DNA from: Octopus vulgaris | Taxonomy: Eukaryota | DNA: 64,000 bases | Direction of reading: 5' to 3' | NCBI GenBank assembly: GCA_951406725.2 | Contig: OX597817.1 | Coordinates: 138,260,001-138,324,000, forward strand | Shown: positions 1 through 13,461 of the stretch, piece after piece | Numbering within the stretch: position 1 is the stretch's first letter | Layout of the letters: every line of letters begins with the position of its first letter | Position numbers and translations under genes: made by a program | The notes under the pieces: generated by a model | Told to the model about the DNA's origin: nothing | Seen by the model: only the letters and a program-made list of their open reading frames with translations | Database searches by the model: none

Positions 1-261
1 GGCCTTAGCTATGATATTCCATTTCATCTGGGGGTTACTTATTTTTCCTTCTTTCAATGTCCATATCATATTGGAGAGAGATGCTGAATGTCTTTTATTT
101 TTGTCCCTGAATGACTCCAGGTGTTGTATGTATCTTTCCTTGAACGAGTTGCCCGTCACTCTTTGTTACTCTGTTGCGATCCATTATACAGGCCTTGTAT
201 ACAACATGTATATATGTTGTTGAGAAGCAAAGTTCTTACCACACAGCCACACACACATATG

Positions 262-299
<38 letters not shown>

Positions 300-334
300 T
301 CAGTAAATGATGGGGTTGTGTTTTCCTCTCCTAA

Positions 335-391
<57 letters not shown>

Positions 392-539
392 TAAAAACAC
401 TAATGGGTTAGGGTACCCTACAGACGTTTGAAACACGTGTTTTTTTATGAACAAATCAATTACATCATGAGAAATCAGTTTCCTTTAGGTTAATAAGAAT
501 TTATATCGAATGTTTTACGTTTTAAATTTTAAACTTTCA

Positions 540-634
540 TTCTCCTGAAGAAATCGTTTTTTTTCTTCTTTTTTTTATGTGTTATAATTTATTTATTCAT
601 CAATAAAAAACGCGTCTGAAACAGCTGTAGTGAA
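540..634 (+). ncRNA. Type I hammerhead-ribozyme-like motif with long stem II (Penelope-like-element type), probably decayed
   Basis: TTCTC-CTGAAGA (545-551) ... CGTTTTT/AAAAACG stem II ... GAAA-C-AGCT-GTA (618-629)-GTGAA. Palindromic stem III (ACAGCTGT); one mismatch in stem I. Confidence 0.5.
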
Positions 635-1126
635 CCTCAACCAATTTCTGTCTTTGCTCATTTTACATCATACCTGGAACCTCCTCTATGTTAGGACCTC
701 GATCTTACACTGGATCGTGAAACTGAATGCCGAAGTACGTCTGTATGTGGTTTTTATATACACATCTATATTTACATTGATGAGTAGAATGAGTGTTCAT
801 GTGCATGTGTGTGTATATACATGAATATGTGCGTGAATGTCTATATATACTGTTGAAATGCGGATATGCTATTCTCTACCCTAAATTGCCATATAACATA
901 TAATAAATGACAAATAAGACTTTCACGAAAGGTTCGCGCAGGTTATCGAATAAATGATATGGAGATGCGGATGGTTGAGTTGTGTTCTGGTTGCGTAGTA
1001 ATGATACACAACACATGTGAACAATTAACAGGAACTTTATTCCCTGCACAAAATATTTTCCTTGTTGGTCTTGAATTAATAATACAAACAACAGAGCAAA
1101 CTCTGAGAAGACAATTCTGTAGATAT

Positions 1127-1359
1127 TATTTCTTTATTGCCCACAAGGGGCTAAACATAGAGGAGACAAACAAGGACAGATAAAGGGATCAACTCGATTA
1201 CATCGACCCCAGTGCGTAACTGGTACTTATTTAATCGACCCCGAAAGGATGAAAGGCAAAGTCGACCTCGGCGGAATTTGAACTCAGAACTTAACGGCAG
1301 ACGAAATACCGCTAAGTATTTTGCCCGGCGTGCTAACATTTCTGCTAGCTCGCCGCCTT
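1127..1359 (-). mobile_element. tRNA-derived SINE, family A, full length
   Basis: Matches many copies in the window (GGCGGCGAGCTGGCAG...GAGTTCAAATTCCGCCGAGGTCGACTTTGCCTTTCATCC...AAAGAAATA). Flanked by the direct repeat CAATTCTGTAGATAT. Confidence 0.85.
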
Positions 1360-1860
1360 GTCAATTCTGTAGATATGACAAAAGAGCTGTTTAGTAAGGT
1401 TTTGTGAATACGCTGTCAAGACTGGAGAAATATCACACTAAATTCTTGACTGCGAAACTGTAGCTGTTGTCTGCTAGGTTAGAATAATACATTATTAAAA
1501 CAACTGTTAAATGTTGGAAAATGAGGTAATCGGTCGATCACACGAAATGGTTGTTACTAAGCCGTGACTTTAACTCGGCTATTTGGCGATTCTGTTTCGA
1601 ATATACTGCAATTTTTTAGTAGGAAGTAATGTACCCAGATAACGAGTTATCCTCAGATCGAAGAAAAGCTACTTCCAGTATACTGCATGTCCCGTTGCAA
1701 CTGCACAATTTGTATGCACACTACACAATCATTAAGACACCATTTAACAACAGATCGGAAGAAAGAAATTTCCCTTAGAAACAGTGCCAAGTTTAGGTAT
1801 ATGCAACAAAATCTACTGTTAAGGGACTTCCCAAATCGTAGGGGCCTCGACATCACTAAA

Positions 1861-2262
1861 CGGTGAGCTGGCAGAATCGTTAGCATGCCGGGCGAAATGC
1901 TTAGCGGTATTTCGTCTGCCGTTCAAATTCCGCCGAGGTCGACTTTGCCTTTCATCCTTTCGGGGTCGATTAAATAAGTACCAGATACGCACTGGGGTCG
2001 ATGTGATCGACTTCATCCGTTTGTCGGTCCTTGTTTGTCCCCTCTGTGTTTAGCCCCCTATGGTTAGTAAAGAAACAGGTATTTCGTCTGTCGTTACGTT
2101 CTGAGTTCAAATTCTGCCGAGGTCGACTTTGCCTTTCATCCTTTCGGGGTCGATTAAATAAGTACCAGTTACGCACTGGTGTCGATGTAATCGATTTAAT
2201 CCGTCTGTCTGTCCTTGTTTGTCCCCTCTGTGTTTAGCCCCTTGAGGGTAGTAAAGAAATAG
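1861..2262 (+). mobile_element. Two tandem SINE family A copies (second 5'-truncated)
   Basis: Family A body repeated at about 1861-2078 and 2080-2262. Confidence 0.85.
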
Positions 2263-2628
2263 GTATAAATGTTATACATTTTTATGAGAGGTTTTCAGAG
2301 GCAGCTTCCTAGCTTTCTATAGCTTTGAATCTCCCTCGTTGCGACCATTCTCTTCAACAAGTCTTTTTTTTCTGCGTAAGTGAGTGTATATGAGTATGTA
2401 TGTACGTGTGCGTATAAATATCTACACCTATGAGTGTTTTGGCATATATATTTAAGGTGGGGTGGATGTGTGTAAGGAGGAACGCTGCTAATTATTTTTT
2501 TGAATTTATTAGGATACATTTAGCTACTTATAGTTTTTGTACTCTGTTTGAATTGAACCTTTTATGCATGCATGTGGGTGAATGTGTGTGTGTATATGTG
2601 TGTGTGTTGTTGCTGTTGTTGTTTTTGT

Positions 2629-2666
<38 letters not shown>

Positions 2667-3679
2667 TTATTATCTATTAGGAATAGTTTCAATGGCGCAA
2701 AATAGCAATTCTATTCTCGTCATTTTCCGCCATTCCCCGTAAGTGAATCGTGTCTATTCAAGTCAAATGACAAGAGAGCAGGAAATTACACATCTCTGCA
2801 CTTCTCTCAACTCTCCCACCCCACACATACACACCTCTCGCAATTTCATTTCACACACACACCCTCTCACTTTCTTCCTCTCTCCCTCTCTCCCTCTCTC
2901 GCTCCCTATCTCTCATCCCCTCTGTTTTACCCACCTCTCCCCGCCACCCCTGCTAATATAATGTCAGCTACCACAAGTGTTAATAGTAAATTACAAGGTG
3001 GAAGCAGTCTTTTGAAGTTACTATATATGGCAGCTTTTAACTCTGCCATATCTTAAAATTTGCATTTTGAAAGCAGATGTGCACAACTGCACAATTACCC
3101 CCGTGATTGTTGTAAGTAATAAAGACTGGGAATTCTTTTGTTGCAGTCGGTTTAGTGAGGTGAGGGGCATGGAGCCGATCCTCAGAATAAAAGTAACAAG
3201 AGGCAGGTGGTGGGATTAGGTGAGAAAAAGGAGGAAGGAGGAGGCGGAGCAGAGAGAGGATGAGAGAGAGAGAGAGGGAGAGAGAGAGAGATCAAGGTGT
3301 TGAAGTAAAGGAAAATAGTATAAAATTGTAATTAAATGGTATGTTTAAGTTATAAATGGTGGGTTATTATAAAGTTGGTGTGTGAAGTAGTAGATGTAGC
3401 AGTAGGCCTTTAACAATGGCCTGCCACCACTCCTCTCCTCACTGTTATCTCCAACACCCCCACCGACACCCTAACACCCCACCCATCACCATTACATTTT
3501 TAATATTGATTTTCGGTTTTTCTTTACACAAAGTACAAAGTCATACATTTATAATGAAATGTAATGAAACGAGATTCTGTGAGTTGAGGTAGTTCACTTC
3601 AGTCTGTGATCGAAACCGCCCGGCTCAGTCGATTCACCGGGAATCTACCTCTGGTCCTGCCAAAATTTCACATCAGAAA

Positions 3680-3895
3680 GCGGCGAACTCACGGAATCGT
3701 TAGCACGCCGGACAAAATGTTTAGTGGCATTTCGTCCGTCTTTGCATTCTGTGTTCCAGTTCCGCCGAGGTCGACTTTGCCTTTCCTCCTTTCGGTGTGG
3801 ATAAAATAAGTACCAGTTGAGTACTAGGGTCGATGTAATCGATTTGCCCCCTCCCCTGAAATTGCTGGCCTTGTGCCTAAATGTGAAACCAATAT
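3680..3895 (+). mobile_element. SINE family A variant
   Basis: GAATCGTTAGCACGCCGG...GAGGTCGACTTTGCCTTTC...AAGTACCAG with a different 3' tail. Confidence 0.75.
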
Positions 3896-4724
3896 TTACA
3901 CATCAGGATGGAGAGGTTTTGTTTGTTTTTTAATGGTTACGTCAAAGGAGAATCGGTAGCGCTCATGACCCTTTTCAGGGTCCCAGAACAAGGGAAGGAG
4001 AGAGGGAGGGAAATATGCTCACACAAGTGATTTGGCCTAACTAAAGGTACCAATGTCTATAGGGTGTTCCATAAACGCGATGTTCTGTCCGGTCTCCCAC
4101 CCAAGGACCGGGTTGTGGTGTTAAGCAAGCGAAGGGCTTAGGTCCATCAGCCAAGAATATGAACTTCTGCACAGCTTCCGTCTCCGCAAGTTTACTCGCA
4201 TAGCTTTGGTGAACCCGAAGCTACGGTGGAAAACACTTACGCAAGGTTCCATGCACATGGATTGAACCCGAAACCTTTCAGTTGTGAAGAAAACTCTTTA
4301 CCCACACAGCCATGACTTCGTCGACTGAATGGGCCCCAGTTCACTCTAGAAATTTACGGTTTCTAACTTTAAGGGTTATGTATTTAGAAAGGAAACGAGA
4401 AAGTGTTCACGCTTTGGTTCGGAATGGATTTAGTTTGGAATGGTGGGTAGTACCAACACTGACAACGATAATTCTGAAAGGGTATTTATCTAAATTGGAG
4501 TGCCATTAAGAGGGCACAGAAGCCTTGCTAAACAAAGACAATTTAAAGAACTTGATACAGGGGTACGAATCTAGCTTTGCCTTGAGCTGTTGCCGTAGAT
4601 CTTTCTGTAATTGGAATTGGTTTGAGGAATCAAATTGGAGTAAAAGAAAAAAAAGGCTTTAAGTATTAAAGAAAAAGAGACAAACAGAGAGAGAGATAGA
4701 GTGAGTGAGTGAGACAGACAGACA

Positions 4725-4790
<66 letters not shown>

Positions 4791-4886
4791 ACAGGCAGGC
4801 AAGCACGCAGACGGGCAAATGGGGAAAAAGACAGATAGATAGAGGAACAGACAGATCTAGTGTTTGTGTGAGAGAGACTGAGAGAA

Positions 4887-4950
<64 letters not shown>

Positions 4951-5930
4951 TGTGTGTGTGGAGAGAGAGAGAGAATGAGTGCGTTCGTGTGCGTACGTGA
5001 GAGAGAGAGAGGAAAATAATTTTACTACTTGCTTTATTTTTACTTTATCCAGTAGTAAAAGAGCGGGATTTTTGATAAGGAGCAAAGTTCCTTTGTTGAA
5101 ATTTGGACATCTTAAAGTTTCTTCATTCCCAGGTCTTATAAACTCGCTTTTTTTTTCTTCATGTTGCTAAACTTCAATTCTGCTTTGGTTTTGTGTCTTG
5201 TTTTTGTTTTTGTTTTCATTTCACAAAATTTCGCAAAATATTCCTCCCATTTGAAATGCTTGAGCATTTTTTCAAATATGCAGAATAACAATTTGGTTAC
5301 TTAACAATGGCAATCGTTTATTATTGGAACAAATATCGAACTATAATTAACGATCTCCTATTCACTGGTATCAGATGAGTTATTCACGGCCGCCAGATAA
5401 CTTCTATTACAAAAACAGGAATTTTTTTACCTTCTCAGCTTTATTGTGTTAAAACCTGATTGACGAATCACTTGGAATGTTCCATCAATATTCTTCAGTA
5501 CCAAAGGTGTCACTGTATCCATTATCAATGCCATTTTTCTTTCGACACGTTCTTTCTTTCGGCTGATATTTTTATATATTGTTTTCATGCTATCATTCGT
5601 CGTGATGATATAATACATCGACAATACTTAAGAATTTTTTTTTATTATGTCATGACTTATACACAAATATAACACAGTTGACAATCCATATCACATTTTC
5701 GAGGACTTTATAAGCTTCTTTGGTTCATAACGTGTTTTGTAGTTTCCACTTGCAATTCTGGTAAATACGTTGACATGGAACGAATCCAGTTGCCGTAATT
5801 TCACTCTGTTAATACTGCCGTAATTTTACACGTCAAGAACAATATCTTTATTCACACACACATGTGTAAGTTTGTGCCTCAATATACATTTAGATGTGTG
5901 TGTATCTGTGTGTGTATATATATATATGTG

Positions 5931-5971
<41 letters not shown>

Positions 5972-5975
5972 ATGC

Positions 5976-6066
<91 letters not shown>

Positions 6067-6231
6067 TGAGGGTGAAAAAGTGGATACTAATTTGATAACA
6101 TCAATTTAACACCAGTGGTCTACCATATAAAAAAGCTGAGGTTCAGTAAATAGTATTACATACATATAAGAGGGATTACCACTATGCGGACACCCTAGTG
6201 GTAATCCTATAGTGGTAATCCATCTTTTATA

Positions 6232-6288
<57 letters not shown>

Positions 6289-6351
6289 GCATACACACAT
6301 ATATATATATAAGTGTGTGTGTATATATACGTATGTATGTAGGTATGTATA

Positions 6352-6524
6352 TGCGCAAGAGTGGCTGTGTGGTAAGTAGCTTGCTTACCAACCACATGGT
6401 TCTGGGTTCAGTCCTACTGCGTAGCACCTTGGGCAAGTGTCTTCTACTATAGCCTCAGGCCGACCAAAGCCTTGTGAGTGGATTTGGTAGACGGAAACTG
6501 AAAAAAGCCCGTCGTATATGTATG

Positions 6525-6575
<51 letters not shown>

Positions 6576-6725
6576 ATGTATATGTTTGTATGTCTGTGTT
6601 TGTCCCCCGCAACATTGCTTGACAACTGATGCTGGGGTGTTTACGTCCCCGTCACTTAGCGGTTCAGCAAGAGAGACCGATAGAAAAAGTACTAGGTTTA
6701 CAAAGAATGACTGAAACAAATAAAA
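6352..6725 (+). mobile_element. tRNA-derived SINE, family B, with internal (TA)n
   Basis: GAGTGGCTGTGTGGTAAG...GGGTTCAGTCC...CCTTGGGCAAGTGTCTTCTACTATAGCC; repeated about ten times in the window. Confidence 0.85.
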
Positions 6726-7460
6726 GAATATATATGTATGCATGCATGTATGTATGTATGTGTGTATGTATACAATAACAATAATCTTTGGATGACATTT
6801 ATAAACATTTAATGTATCGCATTCAATTGCAAAATAAATAGCAAAATATATCCACCCCCACCCCCCACACACCTCCATCCCCATATAACAACCATTCCTT
6901 CCTCTATTTCCATCACCTTCTCCTCCTCCCCCACCCAATACACACAGAAATTCCCACTTAACACACTCGACCTTCATACTGGTAAAAAGGAATAAACATC
7001 CCGTCTGTTGCACATCCATTAATGTGATATCGCCTGAAAACACAAGTCAATGATGGTCAACCGGATACCCACGGATACTACGGACTACACTGTAATCATC
7101 CAAGAAATATGGACTGTCATCTTAAGAGTCACATGATTTGTGGAAACGCGCGTAGTGATGCATTGAATGTTTAAAATTCCATTGTAGGATTATTGTTGTT
7201 ATTATATTTATCCTACATTATATCAGTACAGCTCGATTCTGTCCCGAAAACCTTGTTCATCTGTCAGCATCATTTAACTGTGGCCAGCATAATGGAATAG
7301 GATTTTTATTGGCATGTTCAAAACATTTCTCAAAAACAAATTTATGAGATGTATATATAATCGCCATGTTGGACCACCGAACTCAGCACGTTTGTTTTTA
7401 TTTTTGCTTTTTTTTTTTTTTTTTGCTTTTTTTTACAATGTTTATTTTTTTCCTCTTATT

Positions 7461-7498
7461 TCTTTCTGTCCAAGAGCTTAGGCTCGAAACGTAAAAGA
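7461..7498 (+). ncRNA. Minimal hammerhead-like motif, decayed core (CTGTCCA)
   Basis: TCTTT-CTGTCCA-A-GAGC(TTAG)GCTC-GAAA-CG-TA-AAAGA. Same repeat family as 16566 and 33346. Confidence 0.5.
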
Positions 7499-7654
7499 CT
7501 TTTCCATTTTCCTCGAACGTCAAACTAATACACTCGCCTGTTGTTCCTACACCTGTCTTCGTCTTTTGTTTTTCTATAAATTTGAACTGTGTGTGTGTGT
7601 GTGTGTTTGTGTGTGTATGTGTATGTATGTCTGTACGTATGTATGTATGTAAAA

Positions 7655-7935
7655 GGGTAAAGACCCCCTTCGGTCATGTGTGACCATGGGTTTGCACCTA
7701 GAGAGTTACCCTCTGAGGCACAAGTCTGGGCAAGGTTGTTTTTATGGAAGACCAGCAGTCGCCCATGCATACCGGCCTCCCCTCTCCACGCCACCAGTGT
7801 TATCCAAGGGAAAGACAAAGGTCGATACAGCTTGGCACCAGTGACGTCGCAACTCATTTCTACAGCTGAGTGAACTGGAGCAACGTGAAATAAAGTGCTT
7901 TGCTCAAGAACACAACACGCAGCCCGGTCCGGGAC
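7655..7935 (-). mobile_element. SINE family D, 5'-truncated
   Basis: Near-identical to 53893-54229 (GAGTGAACTGGAGCAACGTGAAATAAAGTG...TTGCTCAAGAACACAAC). Confidence 0.75.
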
Positions 7936-8095
7936 GTACACCTGCGTTGCTTAATGTCGAACGAATGAGAAAGGAGGAGTCAATGCATGTTGTAGAGGAT
8001 ATGATATATTAAAAGCTAAGCAGAGAGTTTGTTTCGCGACTCAACTTTCACACCACTCCACACCTGATGATTCTAGAGGCTATACATATATGTGA

Positions 8096-8143
<48 letters not shown>

Positions 8144-8264
8144 ATTTGTCACACGCATGTGTTTGTGTGTGTATATATATATAGAGAGAGAGAGACAGAT
8201 AAAGAGTTAGATAAATAGATAGATAGATAGATAGATACATACATACATACATACAAGTATAAGC

Positions 8265-8318
<54 letters not shown>

Positions 8319-8377
8319 ATAAATAGATAGATAGATATAAATGTATATGTATATATATATGTATGTATATGTATATA

Positions 8378-9527
8378 TCTCTTATTATAAAAGGCAGATT
8401 TTATCTGCCTCCCTTTGTCTCTTATAGAAATCTACAATATAGGATTTCTTCAATTACAATTTACCTAGCATTTTTAAGAGTAGAATGCATCGGGTCGTGC
8501 CAGGTCCAGTTTTTAAAATTTCAACCCCAATTAAGCAAAATTTAGAGAAAACTCACATTGTGGTGTGTTAGTCAAGTGCTTTTCATATTGTGGGCTACAG
8601 CACACGCACACGCACACACACACAAACGGAGCGAACTGTTTCACTGACACTATCACCCTAATTTCTCCTCCTTTCTCTTTGCAAGTGTGCAACGATTAAA
8701 GTGAAAGTAAATCACTTTTTGTAGTGAGTGACTCTTTCACTCTGCATTCCCACTTCCTCTTTACACACATAGACACGCAAATATATAAATAAAATTGTAA
8801 GCTAACGTGTGTGTGTGCGTGTGTGTGAGTGTGTGTGTGTGTGCGTGTGTGTGTGTGTGAGGGTGCGTGTGTGTGTGTGTGTGCGTGTGTGTGAGTGTGT
8901 GACAGGAAAGTTTTTTAGGACGAATATAAGACCTAAAGTATATCCAAGTAGCAGAAAGATCGCCCAAAAGTGTATATACTCTCCTTGCACTTGGCGAAGG
9001 CAAAATACCAGGGGATGAAAATGGTAATATTGCCATCGATTCCATTTGTACCATTGTTAAGACGCCTTCTGATCTCAGAGATGCAGTGTTCCCAGATCTA
9101 CAAGCTAAGTATCAGAATATGGATTGGATTGGCAAAAAGGCTATACTGGCCCCGAGGAATAAAACTGTTCACCATATTAATGATGAAATGCTAAAACTCA
9201 TTCCTGGGGAAGTCTATGTATATCAGTCTATCGATACAACTCCTGACCCAGAGGACGTCATCAACTATCCAATAGAGGTACTCAATTCCTTTGAGCACCC
9301 CGGACTACCACCACACTTTCTCAAACTTAAAGTTGGTGCCCCTATAATGCTCATCAGAAATTTGGTTCCCCCAAAACAATGCAATGGCACACGTTTGATC
9401 GTTAAGTCCTTATCTCCCACCGTAAACTTATATCAATATTTGCCTGAATAATCATCATAATTCAGTGCAATCATTAACAGTACTTTCAAGCAATTCAGCC
9501 CCGAGCAACGCCGGGCAATTCTGCTAG
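8378..9527 (+). mobile_element. Non-autonomous Helitron carrying a Pif1-helicase fragment
   Basis: 5' TC (TCTCTTATTATAAAAGG) after host A. 3' GC-rich hairpin (9498-9516) then CTAG before host T. Internal helicase homology. Confidence 0.85.
9086..9451 (+). pseudogene. Helitron RepHel Pif1-like helicase fragment
   Basis: AILAPRNKTVHHINDEML ... LNSFEHPGLPPHFLKLKVGAPIMLIRNL...CNGTRLIV, typical Helitron/Pif1 helicase motifs. Rep domain absent. Confidence 0.9.
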
Positions 9528-9618
9528 TGTATATATATATATATAGATATATCTATAAATATCTATATAAATATTTATGTATATATATAAACACACACAC
9601 ACATACATATATATATAC

Positions 9619-9700
<82 letters not shown>

Positions 9701-9723
9701 TTGTATGTATGCACGTATGTGTG

Positions 9724-9795
<72 letters not shown>

Positions 9796-10150
9796 TATAT
9801 ATCACATCAAATGCCTTGATCTTCTTTCTTTCAGCATCTGACATCCTGCTCTACTGCCCATAAACTTCACTGAAAACTTCCTTTGCTCTCACAACAAAGG
9901 CTGTTTCTTTCCTCTTGAAGATTAATATGATGTCGCAGAATTATTTGAGCATCGGGAAAATGCCGCGCAGTATTTATTTGGGGTCTTTACGTTGCGTGTG
10001 TTCAAAACCTGCCGAAATCAGTTTTTCGTTTCATTCCCCCAAGATCGATAATGTAGCAGGTAAGTACGTGGCATGGGGCTCAATTAACGGACAGATCTGG
10101 GTTCCAGATCTCTGCAAGCAAAATCATATTGGTGAAAATATAAACAAATA

Positions 10151-10540
10151 TAGGCGCAGGAGTGGCTGTGTGGTAAGTAGCTTGCCTACCAACCACATAG
10201 TTCTGGGTTCAGTCCCACTGCGTGGCATCTTGGGTAAGTGTCTTCTGCTATAGCCTCGGGCCGACCAATGCCTTGTGAGTGGATTTGGTAGACGGAAACT
10301 GAAAGAAGCCTGTCGTATATATGTATATATATGTATGTATGTGTATGTATATGTTTGTGTGTCTGTGCTTGTCCCTCTAGCATTGCTTGACAACCGATGC
10401 TGGTGTGTTTACGTCCCCGTTACTTAGCGGTTCGGCAAAAGAGACCGATAGAATAAGTACTGGGCTTAAAAAGAATAAGTCCCAGGGTCGATTTGCTCGA
10501 CTAAAGTAAAAGAAACAAGTAAAAGAGTTAAAAAGAGTTA
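10151..10540 (+). mobile_element. SINE family B
   Basis: AGGCGCAGGAGTGGCTGTGTGG head through AAACAAGTAAAAGAG tail. Confidence 0.85.
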
Positions 10541-10807
10541 AACGTTTGTAATTAGAGGGCCGGATTAGGGTATAGAAACCAGCAACTGCAGTTTCCCTGT
10601 GTAGGGCAGTGCCTCTCCATTCCCAGGTCTTATAAACTTTGATAGATCATGGCTGGGCCTGACACAGTTTTATGCTGTGGTTAGAAGAACAACACGAAGA
10701 GAAGGCTGTTTTGAATCAAATGAAGATTTTATAGGGAACAGGTCAAATGAAGAGAGAGTTGAAGGACGGCAATTGGACAGGCAGACAGACAAACAGACAG
10801 GAGGAGA

Positions 10808-10810
10808 ATG

Positions 10811-10875
<65 letters not shown>

Positions 10876-10909
10876 GATGATGATGATAATAATAATGATG
10901 ATGATGATG

Positions 10910-11005
<96 letters not shown>
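10808..11005 (+). repeat. (AAT/GAT)n microsatellite
   Basis: Direct read. Confidence 0.95.
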
Positions 11006-11228
11006 TCTCTTTCTATTAATGGCACAAGGCCTGGAAAATGAAAGAAGAATGAGAAAGAAATATCTGGGAGAAAGAACTGCATGGTCAGTGTCTCAGACAA
11101 ACGCAGGATATTGCAGCAGAAGAATGTTGGCTATAGTTGAAGAATGGAGAATTCAAGAAAGGCACGAAGGCCTCATTATAGCTGCTCAAAACCAGGTATT
11201 ATGAATGAATTTCATTAAGGTAAGAGTA

Positions 11229-11458
11229 GGCGGCGAGCTGGCAGAAACGTTAGCACGCCGGGCGAAATGCTTAGCGGTATTTCGTCTGCCGTTACGTTGT
11301 GAGTTCAAATTCCGCCGAGGTCGACTTTGCTTTCATCCTTTCGGGGTCGATAAATTAAGTACCAATTACGCACTGGGGTCGATATAATCGACTTAATACC
11401 TATGTCTTCCTTGTTTGTCCCCTCTATGTTTAGCCCCTTGTGGGTAATAAAGAAATAG
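11229..11458 (+). mobile_element. SINE family A inserted in the LINE fragment
   Basis: Full family A body. GGTAAGAGTAGGC is duplicated on both sides. Confidence 0.85.
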
Positions 11459-11986
11459 GTAAGAGTAGGCAGAACTGTGGAAAATATTAAGTGCTGAGTA
11501 TGTAATGAGAAACAAGAATCTGTTGAGTACAGATAATGAGTTCTTGAGTGCATTGGCATAGAAGGGATATAAACGCAGATATGATCGTGTAGCCACAGTA
11601 TTAAACTGGGACGTATTGCGACAAAGGGGTTTGAAGTAAACAGAAGAGGATACCAACACCAGCCTGAGGGTGTGACAGAGAAGATCTGTTAAGGGTCTTA
11701 TAGGAATTTACTTTGCAGAGTGACCATGAGATTCAAGCAAGATGACCAGATATTGTTTATCTGAACAAAGTATCAAAAGAGTGTTTCATCATAGATGAGG
11801 CTGTGTCCGCTGATATGAATGTTGAGGTTAAAGGACCGGACAACTAATAGGGAAATACCAAAACTTAGAAACGCAAATGCGAAAAACAGTGGCGGGTTTC
11901 TGCTAAAGTAATTCCAGTAGTTAAGAGGCACCTAACGTGCCGTTATCAATAGACTTGAAAGATTTCTTTAATGAAATCTCTGACTA

Positions 11987-13276
11987 TTGGGTTGGCAACT
12001 AAGTTCCCGCCGTTTTTTAAATTAAAATTCTTAAAAGGTTTAATAAAAAAAATAACAACTAATTAATCCATAATGTATTCACCCTTGATGTTTACAACTT
12101 CCCAACGTTCAACAAGATTTTCAATACCACGTTGGTAGAAATCACCCGATTTCGACTCCATAAATTGATCCAACCAAGCTCTCAATTTTGCATTAGTATT
12201 GAGCGAAACTCCGCGCATAGCATTTGAAAGAGATCGAAAGAGGTGGAAACCTGTTGGTGCCAAATCAGGTGAGTACAGCGGGTGTGACAGCACTTCCCAG
12301 ACATGCGTTTGAATGGCTTCCTTGGTCATATTGGCGATATGAGGGCGAGCGTTATCGTTCAGCAGAACTCTAAGCTGCAGATTAGGTCTTTTCTCTTGAA
12401 TAGCTGTGTTGAGTCATTCCACTTGTTGAACATAGAGTTCCGCGTTGACCGTTTGGTTCCGTTCAAGCAATTCGTAATGGATAATCCCTTCCCAGTCCCA
12501 CCATACGCAAACATCGTTTTACGCGAATGAAGATCTTGTTTCACGCGCGGTGTCGCTTGTTTACCGGGGCTAAGCCATTCCTTACACTGCTTCATATTGG
12601 TGTACAGGTACCATTTTTCGCTGCCAGTAACGATTCGGTAAAGAAATCTTTGCTTGTGTCCATGAGTTGAGCGGTGACGAGCAAGCAAATCAGCAGAGAT
12701 TGTGGCTCGTTGATTTTTGTTGTTGTCACTTAAAGCATGCGGAACCTATGCACCATACTTCTGAACCTTTCCCATCGAGTGAAGATGCTTCTCTATAGCA
12801 GTGTGGGAGTATTCCATTTTCTCTGCCAGTTCCCATGTCGTTTGACGAGAATTTTCGTGCAAAAATTAGTTTAATTGAACTCAACTAGACGACCAAAACT
12901 AGGTGCGCCTTTGAGGTCAAAATTTCCATTTTTGAACTTGGCATACCAATCACGAGCTGTTCTTTCAGCTATGGCACCCTCTCTAAACACAGCTCAAATG
13001 TCGCGAGCAGCTTTTGCGGCCTTAGAACCTTGATTAAAAGCAAATGGAAGGAGGTGTCGAAAATGCTCATTTTTCTTAACTTGACATTCCATTTTAATGA
13101 TCTGAAAATAACCAAAAATTAACAAAAATTAACAAAAATTAACTAGAAAAAAAAACAAAATAGATTCCAAAATGATTCAAAAATAGAATTCTAAAAAAAA
13201 AATAGATTCCAAAATTTAAAAACGCAATAAATTCCCAAAATTTAAAAAAGCGGCGGGAACTTAGTTGCCAACCCAT
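11987..13276 (-). mobile_element. Full-length mariner (Tc1/mariner, DD34D class) element
   Basis: TIRs TTGGGTTGGCAACTAAGTTCCCGCCG / CGGCGGGAACTTAGTTGCCAACCCA, TA target duplication, about 1290 bp. Confidence 0.95.
12063..13092 (-). pseudogene. Mariner transposase pseudogene
   Basis: MECQVKKNEHFRHLL..., *VPHAL, RIVTGSEKW (catalytic D to S), NDNARPH, HPLYSPDLAPTGFHLFRSL (D to G). Contains stops and frameshifts. Confidence 0.93.
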
Positions 13277-13410
13277 TACAAGATATGTATTAATATGGAA
13301 GTCTGTTCTATTTGGAACAGCAAGGAGATTGTTCGAAAGGTCTTCGGTATCCAAGGAAACTGGTTGCGAAATGTAACACATTCGTGCATGCATTACATAA
13401 TAATAATGAC

Positions 13411-13461
<51 letters not shown>

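Larger units (their letters stand above)
11040..13375 (+). mobile_element. Decayed RLE-type non-LTR retrotransposon 3' part (R4/Dong-like), interrupted by a SINE and a mariner
   Basis: EGLIIAAQNQVL, YKRRYDRVA and a PD-(D/E)xK-type segment (QSDHEIQAR*PDIV...CFIIDEAV). Resumes after the mariner with KSVLFGTAR and ends before (TAA)n. Confidence 0.7.

Noticed and set aside
390-447. Hammerhead-like GAAACACGTGTTT palindrome
   Set aside because: No intact CUGANGA box upstream (only CTAATGG), and stem II is unconvincing.
5420-5830. Possible decayed Penelope GIY-YIG fragment on the minus strand (FTRIASGNYKTRY)
   Set aside because: Similarity is too weak and fragmented to support without a profile search.
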